The position numbers and the translations under genes are program-made. The notes under the pieces were generated by a model. That model saw only the letters and a list, made by a program, of their open reading frames with translations. It made no database searches and was not told the origin of the DNA. Positions 55,374 to 64,000 of a stretch of DNA of 64,000 bases are shown piece after piece (position 1 is the stretch's first letter; each line of letters opens with the position of its first letter). This stretch comes from Marsupella aquatica. Taxonomy: Eukaryota; Plantae; Marchantiophyta. Location of the stretch: NCBI GenBank assembly GCA_973895155.1, contig OZ316895.1, positions 618,435-682,434 on the forward strand, given 5' to 3'.

Positions 55374-56398
55374 ATCTAGTTAGGGTGTCTCAGACCTATG
55401 AGAGACTATAGTTATTAGAGCCCTCTTGCATGTGTTAAGGTCCTTAGTTTTCCTTCCCTCAATCCACAGTTGGCATATGCATATTTGACCTAGAATTATG
55501 TGGAGAAGCCCCCTCTTCAGGCTAGGCTTAGAGCATCTCCTACATGACGCTATTGGCATACGGGAATGGGGCTTTCTACATAACCCCGTAGAGGAATGTT
55601 GAAAAGACACCTCCAATGGGAGAACGGGGATGCTACTACACTTTTGGTGAATGGGTATTTGTTTCTTGTGGGAATGGGATTCTGGACACCATATCCTCGA
55701 CCATGTCATCTGCAGGGTTCCTAACTCATTGGAACAGATGTAGATTGTACTATCAGTGGATGAGCGTCAGGCCTCCGCGGAGGAAGGAGGCCACACAAAC
55801 TGTTTCCTGTTTTGTGGTCAAGCACAAAGAAGCTCTTCAACAGAAATGGTGCCCAACATTTTAGGCTTGTCGTACCCGTTGGGATTGCACTTTGATTTCA
55901 CTCAACCCATACTCCCAGCATACGAATGCAAGACTACCAGGTATTAATGTATACAATGAGAGAAACCCATTACCATAGGAGATGCTCTTATGGCATACAA
56001 AGTGGATAACCAACGACAAGGGGTGTGATGCTTTGCCAGGATCACGAAGTAATAATTAAGCCTAAGATGATGGCTAAATAAGGATAGATAGAGGGTATGA
56101 GGTAACAATAAAGACCGATGCCGATTTCTACGTGTTAGATGATAAGGGAAAGATCCAACGGTTGAGATCCGGCGGGATTTGGAGTTATGACCTAATCCAG
56201 GCTTGATCACAAGACCCCTAAGTGGCGGCTTCAGAGTGAAGAGACCAATACTCTGCCATTTCATGTTCTCGTGTACACGGTCTCGACATTGAGGAGCGAC
56301 TGTCAGTCGAGTGCATGTGGTGGATTGGGAGATTGCGCAAGTTCTTGGCATTCAGTGGAATGAACACGGTGAATTAGACAGGGAAGTTCTGGGGCTGT

Positions 56399-59277
56399 TT
56401 GCTTGAAGAAGCAAGGCAGCTGATACCTACGTATGAAGACGTTGAGCCGGAGTGCACGGCTAGAGAACGAGCAAAGCTTGCGCGATTGTGGGGAATTCAC
56501 AAAACGACATTTGTAGATACGGAGGAGGTGTTGGAAAAGTTCTCGTGGACACCCACCAGTGCGGAGCTTGACGAATTGCTGATTCGGGAGAATAAGGTTG
56601 TGGGGATTAGGGAGGCAATCAAGAACGCAGGGCAGCCACTTTGGGAATTGAAGGGTCACACTGCGAAGTGGACAAAGGAAGCTATTCTTGGGGAGTATTC
56701 AGGCGCTGAAGAGATGAAGTGCAAGGGAAGTTTGGCATCTGCAACTCCGGCAAATCAAACTAGGTCAGAGAGACCAATCAAGACGGAAGCCGGGCCAATT
56801 AGAGATTGGGCTATAGAGAATAAAACCATGACAGGGTGGGCGGACAGGTTACCTGCCGATTTACAATTATAGTTCGCTAGAGATGAGGATGAGGTCTTCA
56901 GTGCCATTCAGGATAATAAATATGCAGGATATATGAATGACACTGGGTTGGAGGGCTTTGTCAGGTTGTCCTGGAGGATGGTAGACATACCAGATGAGGA
57001 TCTGTTGGACTTTGTGGGATGCTGGGAGGCTTCTTCCAACACGACGCTGCTGTATGGAAAGGTGTTTGAACTAACACCTGCGCTTATCGAAGCCATCTTT
57101 GCTTTACCAGCAGGAAGGAGGACGAGGAGCCTCCAAGCAAACGATGCCACGGGAGGAGGTCGGCAACACAGACAACACGAGAATGGGAGCATTCCCTTAT
57201 CAAGGAGCCAGAGGTAGTAACATATGATGTGGTGAGAAATCCGTTGCGCCGGCCTACTCGTAATAATCCATATGCAGGCATCCAATTGGTCGAGAGGAAG
57301 ATGACTGTCGAAGAGAGAAAGAAATATGACGAGCGAATGGATTCGGAGACAGATGAGGAGGTAAGCCGAAGCCAGGAGAGGCCGGTATTAAGAGCTTCTA
57401 ACAGAGCCCAAGTGGAGGTCAACCAGCAAAAGCCCAACAATATTCGAAGGAAGAGATCGGGGTTTTGGAGAAGAGGCCGACATGCTAGGTAGTCAGGTTA
57501 ATGTGGATGACTACGACGACGATTATGTCGATCACGGGGAGAGGCCGGTGCCAGGAGTTAGAACGATGGGAAGGTTTTGTAGAAGACTTCCTGCAGTCTT
57601 CTATGGCAAGCCAGAAGACCAGAAAACACCAGAATCTCCTCCACCAGATGTGACGCCATTAGAATTTGACAAGATGAAGGAAGCTGAAGCCGGGCTACAA
57701 GAGAGGATTAAGGAGTGGGGGGCCCAGACTGCAGAACAGGAATGCCAGCTACCAGGAGGAGAGTGGCCGGAAGAAATAAGACGGCTTAGTGAGAAGCAGG
57801 CCGAACCTCTCACTGACTTCGATCAGCTGAGGGAGGAGGCTTGGGAGAGACGACCCCGATGGCAGATGCCAGTATCACTTGGGAGGTCAAACTACGCAAG
57901 AAATTGAGCTAAGGAGTATGGAGACATGTGTGGACTCTTAGCCTTAGAAATCTTCGGTAACGAGTTGGAATCCGGGCCATTTCTTAGAAAAGAAGTGGCT
58001 GATCAGACGAGACTGGAGGAGGCAATGACATTAGAGCGATTGAAGAAGGAGGAAGTGATCGCTCGGCTTCGCGGCATGCAAACAAAGGTGGCTAAATCAA
58101 GGGTGAATCAACAAGCACAGCAGGATCTCTTGGCTAAGCAGCAGGAATTAGAGATGGTGAACAACCAATTGGAAAACTACCAATTGGATAACCAGCAGAT
58201 TAAAGAGAATTGACAAAGGTGCAGCTGGAGTTAGCCGATGCGAGGGAGGAGGTACAGGGTCTTAATCGGCAAGTCGGTAGGCTTAGGAAGGCGGCTAAAG
58301 ACCAGACCACTTAGAGCGAGAAGGCCTTGGCCGCAGCCCAAGGGAAGCATGAAAAGCTACTTGATCGGCTGGATGTCGTGCGGGAGAAACATGAGGACGC
58401 CCTAAGTACAGCGGCCAATGATCACCTAAGCCGAGCCCAGCAAATACGGAAGGAGCTTCAGGGGGGATATAGAGAAGACAAAGAAGGCATGGAAGGAAAA
58501 GGTCACGAAGCTGGAAACCATCAATAACTCCTTGAAGGCAGCCGCTGATAAGCAAGAGTTGGAGAACGTGCAGATCTTAAATGAGGAGCTGAAGGCGGCA
58601 AGGCTGAGATATTACCGCTTAACGATGAAGTTGAAGACGTATCTCAGGAGTTGAAGGAGGCCAAGGATAAGATGATCGGGTTGTAGAGGCGTGCCGACAA
58701 TCAAACGGAGATATTGAAGAAGTATGCCGAAGCGGGATATGGGTCACCAACTGAAAGGCTGCCCGTCAGTAGTATGGTAGGCGGAAATACAATGAAGCCG
58801 AAGCCAAAGCCGAGCTCACTGTTGTCAAGCGTGACTGGGGGCAAAGCCATGCAGTTAGTGGCAGATTTGGCAAAGACGTTCATGGGGCCGGGCGATAATA
58901 AAGTTAAACCCCTTAAAGCCACTCCGGAGGAAGTTGAGAGCATGGTCGCTCACATTTGCCGTACTGTGGCCCTGAAGGCAGTTGTGGTAGAGGTAAGTAC
59001 TGCGGATCAACTTGGAGCTGCGGTGACAGGTTCAGACGATGGTACTGCTTCTATGGACGCCCAGAACGTGAAGCCGTGGGTTATCGAGACCGAGCGCATC
59101 GGGGAGCAGGCTTGGATTGAGGAAGTTAAGGCAAAAGCTCTCCAGGCCGTTGCCGAGGAGGATGAAGCCGAGGCCAAACCCGAAGCCGTAGTTAATGTGG
59201 CCGAGGGTAGTCAGCCGAAGCCGAGTATAGGGGAAGGTGCAGAGTTGGACGGCTCAGGATTACCACCGGTCATCTGA
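56399..59277 (+). pseudogene. Decayed intronless long ORF (acidic and coiled-coil segments), probably a retroelement accessory ORF
   Basis: Seven consecutive purine-rich + strand ORF fragments separated by stops and frameshifts, with no splice structure. A coiled-coil stretch spans ~57950-58700. No catalytic motif recognised. Confidence 0.45.
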
Positions 59278-59962
59278 CAATTAAGGCGGGCCAGTCGTCG
59301 GTTGGAAGGAGGACATGGCGGAAGGAGAAGGGCTTGGGCCAGGAGGGCGCGGCCGTTGTAGGATGTGGACAGGGCAAGTAGCGCTCTGTCGGCTTGAATA
59401 GTTCGATTCTGTTAGAGGTCCGGATCCATTGGGTTTCCGGCTTAGGCAGATTAGTTTTGTTTTTTGTTCAATAAAGAGGATTATTGCGGTGGCAAGGCGG
59501 GATTGCAGGGGTAGGCTTTCCGCGCTTCTTTCAGTCACGGTGCAAGGATAAAAACCCGGGCAGCGTGGCTGGGAGGGGTTGTTTTCTTAGTCAAGGCTTT
59601 AGTGTAAAATTTGTATTGTTGTGAGCACAGGAAGCTCTCGGCTAAATCTAGACCGCAGGATATCAATAAACTACCAGTTCCCTTGGATTTCTGAGCAATT
59701 GTTTGAATTGAGTTGACCTCGTTGCCTAGTTCACAAATTCTTGTCATCCAAGAAGTTGAGTGTTGTGATATCTGTTGCTTGATCGATTTAAGTCAGATAG
59801 GGTGAACTGTTGAGCAAAGTACAATTGCATTGTCTTGATTGGAGACTGCCCAATCAAACTCTGAGAGAAAAGTGAGGATTGAGAGTGTTTAGTCGGTGAA
59901 GTGTGGGTTGAGTCCGTCTGAAAAAGACCTTCAGCCGGCTTAAGAAATTAAGCCATAGAGGT

Positions 59963-60259
59963 CTCGGGGATCTCACTATATGAGGACCTTCCCATCATCT
60001 ACGACGTTTTTAGGCCTTGAACCCCCTAAAATGTAAGAAAAAATAATTATTTTTTAACCCCTATAAAGTTAGAATATTCTTGGAATATTCCCAAAATTGG
60101 ATTAAAAAGACCCTAATATTCTTATAAGTCTCAAAATTGAATTTAAAAGATCCTATTGTTTTTCTACAAAAATTCTTAAGTCTTCCCTTAGAACCAATAA
60201 AATGACCCTATTCTTCGTCGCACGTGATATGCCATTTTTGTGGAAGTGAAACCCCCGAG
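59963..60259. mobile_element. MITE related to the CTCGGGG-terminated 8-bp-TSD family
   Basis: CTCGGGGATCTCACT ... AGTGAAACCCCCGAG; TSD ATAGAGGT/GTAGAGGT (7/8); AT-rich interior with AGAATATTC motifs. Confidence 0.8.
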
Positions 60260-63200
60260 GTAGAGGTACATTCCGGGGGCGGAATACAAATATACCTGAA
60301 GAAGTTAAAGAGGAATTAGGTGTCTCAGTTGTGCACAATTCACAAGCCCAGTGAAAGAACCGGTCCGGTAAGTGTGGATCGAAGGAGAGGATCACGTTTC
60401 CAAGCCGAATAGCTGCCATACGGCAAGGGGACGGACATAAACAAGTGGTTTATGATCAGTTGAGGGTAGTTCTTGGGGTTAGAGGTCTTGGAAAACGCGC
60501 CACAAGGGGTCCAAACTTTCTGGCCCTTGAGGTGTAGTCCTTCAAAATCATAACAAAAGAGATTACACTGTCAAGAAATGGCAAAAACCAAAAAATCAAA
60601 ATAGATAGTTACAAGAAAAATACTTGTTTACACGTGGCAGGACAAGAGAATATAGATCCTACAATTTAGGCAGCCATATTAATGTTTTTTAGGACTATCT
60701 ACATGCAAGATGGCCCTTATGCCCAACTTGCATGTGAGCAGCCTTTCACATGCAGCCCTCAACATGATACTTGCCAACAAATCAATGAGGGAGAGAAACC
60801 AGCTTGAACCCCATCATGTGCCAAGCTTGAGGGCATAAATTTTGCATTTCCAAAGCCACCGTCAGGAAACTTTTGGGTCCCTGCAGGTCCCAACCCCAAA
60901 CTACAGAATAAAATAAACACAACATTTTGCAAAGAGGAGCGACAACTAGTTGCAATGCGCTGTGTAATCCTTAGTTTCAAACGATGAACAATACACACAT
61001 AGCATTTATACAGATCTTTTGGACAAGAGCAATCTACTTTTTGAAAGCATCTTTGGGAGATATGGGTTAGAAATAAGGGCAAATGACAGGCAAGTGGGCT
61101 CTAAGGCTTGTCTGGTGTGTGAAAGTCCTTAATGTTCTGGCCCTCAACATTCCTGAAGATGCCGCCTAAAGTCAGACTTTGTTTGTCCATAGGATCCTCT
61201 GTAACTTTTTGTCTCATTCTCAAATCAAAGGTCGGGCCTTGACTGGGGCCTTGAAGGGCTAGAAACTGCCCAGCCCTTGCCCTTGACTATTCTGAAATGT
61301 TGCAGTCAGAACTGCCTCAGCAGGGGGTTTAGGCATGAACGTCTCACTCAGTCAAAAGTTATGATCACTTCACTTGAAGCGCTAAAATTTTAGATCCATC
61401 ACATGCAAGACATGAGGCAAGACGGGCCTTGGAGCCAACCCGCATGTGAGCGACCCTATGTTTTATGGCCCTCAACTTCAAACATAGTGTTATATATTAA
61501 GTACTCATTGAGAATACAATGGTCATCTTTGTGACTCATAATCAAGCCCTCAACACAATATTTGTTGGATGCAAGATGAACGCTTTGTAGATCCACACAC
61601 CTAAGCAATATGTGGACAGTGGAGGAGGACTGTCCCTAGCTAGTACCTAGTCATTTGGGAAGACCATGATTAAAATTTATGTTGTACAATACCCTACCTT
61701 GGATACTCATTCATGTCCATTCCACACCCTCTATTACAGACACACTACATCTACCCACTAGCCAAGCTCTCTTTTGTTCTCTTGCACCAACATGGGGGGT
61801 AGCTAGCTACACTCTTTAGAGTATTTAGTATCACACAATCTATTTCCTATGAGGTTTTATTTAGGTGATGAAAACTAGAGTGAGTGACACTACTATGGTA
61901 TGATAGGAATTATGGTCATAAGTCAAAATTAATAGTCACACACTCTGAAGTTTCAAAAACTTAAAGGGCAAATTTCAAGATTTGCACATTAACAGAAAGT
62001 GAGGGCAATATTTGCTCGAATATTTGACAATGGTTCACAAACAACTCAAAGGCACAGTGGTCTGAGAAAACTTCAGAAATTCAGAACTTTTCTACTACTC
62101 AACAAGAAATTGCTGTTTTGGGTTGCCACAAAAGACAGGTCACTTAAAAAATTTGTATGTGCGAGGATGCTTGATGAGGACTTGTAACTATGTGTTTTTC
62201 CTATTAACACTGTTTGTCACCAGACTGCTCTAGGATTTTCAACAATGGCAACAGAAAGCTAACTGGGCAAAAATTTCATGCAACGAACCCTTGAAACATG
62301 AAAGTTGGATTCACCTAAGTAACCATAGACAAAATCCTTGGCATAACAAATACAATCAAACTGAGGCAGTATTGTAATTATTTACGTCTTACATGTACAT
62401 CTTTAGTGGCATTGTAGTTCAAAGCTGATATTCTGATACCAATTCCCCTTATTCAATTGGACCAGATTTGAATACTTGGTATCCAATTGAGCTCCTGCAT
62501 TTGGGTCGAGTCATGTGAAAGTCTTTCCTTGTTGCTTGACTCTGCTATTGATTGTCCCTTCCTTCTCCCTGTCCTCCCATGTATCTGAGCCTGGCACTCC
62601 TTGTGATCACCCCGTTTTGTACTCCTGTTCTCCCTTGCAGGCCCAACACTCTTCGTGGCTGTTCCTTTCTTCTATGACACTTCTCCTGGTTGCCTCGTTC
62701 TTGTCCCAATCCTCCCTTGCTGGCCTGACACACTTAGTTGGAGTCCGTTTCTCCTTGTTTGCACACTGATTGAGGACAACTTTCCTCTTAGAGCTTTTGC
62801 TTAGTTGAAATATATGAAATGTGTTCCAATTGAAATCAGACAAAAAAAGAATTAATTAATCATAAGGGGGTTAGTGACCAATCTAACATGGATAGAAATA
62901 TGAAGTAAAGACTTTCATAAGATAAATTAAAAATTAAATAATGACAATTGAAAAATGCTCATTCTAGTTGCTAGTCTCCTCTCAGGCAGTACTGTAACGA
63001 CACTGCATTCTTAATGCACATCCAAGTTTCGAATAGGTTCATTATGAAACTTTCTTAAAAAGAATACTATTTCTCCTTATGATTATGCATACTAATGTAT
63101 TGTCTTGTTAAGGGAATACTATGGACAATAATCTTACCAATAAAGTGTGATCAAAACCTATTTTTCAGGGCTACTATCTGGGTTACTATCTGGAGTGAAG

Positions 63201-63871
63201 ACTCTGGACAGTGACTCTAATAGCATAATTCAAATTACATCGAGAAAAACAACGAGGATCACTCAAAGTGCATATTAGAGAAACAAACATGAATGGGACA
63301 TAATAAGAATTTTCTGCAAATCTTGCAAAAGCTGCCCGTCTGAGTTTAATAATAACCCCTCAAAACTAAAACCAAGCTCTCCTTGGGCCTTTTAGCAATC
63401 AGGACCCTCACCCTATTCAACGGGAAGCTTTCGAGCACAAATTATTAAATTTATGTGCGCACCGTTGTGCCGCCATGCTACAAAAGTACAAATCGACATC
63501 TGAATTTCCAAGTAGTTATTATTATTACGGCAGTCGAATGATTGCTCCCGAGCGAAGGTATTTGAGTATTTCTGAGGTTTTGAGTATATTTCGGACGTTT
63601 CAGTGCTGAGTAATAATAATGAAGCACAAGAGTCTCTGTCTCTCTGTCTCTCTGAGTATTGTAGAGTCTCACGTCCGCGGCAACGACGTAATCGATGGGC
63701 CCGCCTCAGAGCTCGCCCTAGCACAAAAGCTATGGAAACTCCACAACTGGAGTGAGCGTTTCTTCGACGACAAAACTCTAATCCGAATCCATTGCTGTGG
63801 GTGAAAAGTTGGATGTCGTCCTACCACTCTATGGTGCGAGAGACGAGTGCATCTTCTCTCTGAACCTCACC

Positions 63872-64000
63872 TCAGATCTCCTGCTGCGTCACCTCAGCTT
63901 CACTACGGTCCTGTTGAACTCTCCTGTTGATGTTGATGCGGTGCGTTTCCTCCTCATCGGTGGGCTTTTGGAGCTCGATGTCGATGGACACATGAAGGGC
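63872..64000 (-). CDS. Probable 3' end of a gene running in from beyond the window (ALHVSIDIELQKPTDEEETHRININRRVQQDRSEAEVTQQEI*)
   Basis: Open frame from the window edge to TGA at 63872-63874 with coding-like composition. Product not identifiable. Confidence 0.45.
   Translation of the reverse strand, partial: ALHVSIDIELQKPTDEEETHRININRRVQQDRSEAEVTQQEI

Overview
Eukaryotic, intron-rich land-plant DNA; a bryophyte-type genome is my inference, not a result. All recognisable genes lie on the minus strand: CCDC22 (3525-7882), a plastid-type NAD-dependent glycerol-3-phosphate dehydrogenase (GLY1/SFD1-like, 9794 to ~13439, start not located), a clade II serine carboxypeptidase-like gene (27760-33493), a TLDc-domain gene (36542-39748), an STR7/TrhO-family rhodanese gene (50304-54431) and the 3' end of a further gene at the right edge. 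The intergenic DNA holds a young but mutated Ty1/copia element (19799-26259, with both LTRs, PBS, PPT and TSD), four related solo LTRs (one nested inside another), a tRNA-derived SINE family, three kinds of MITE, a Crinkler/REase-like pseudogene and a decayed ORF cluster. The most notable observation is in intron 2 of the rhodanese gene: five ~144-nt conserved modules separated by more variable ~130-nt spacers. On the transcribed strand each module folds like a box H/ACA snoRNA (two hairpins, many G-U pairs, structure-preserving variation, terminal ACA-NNN). Its 5' pocket is complementary to a plant 18S rRNA segment that I recalled from memory. Exon boundaries and folds were worked out by eye and need RNA-seq or computational confirmation.
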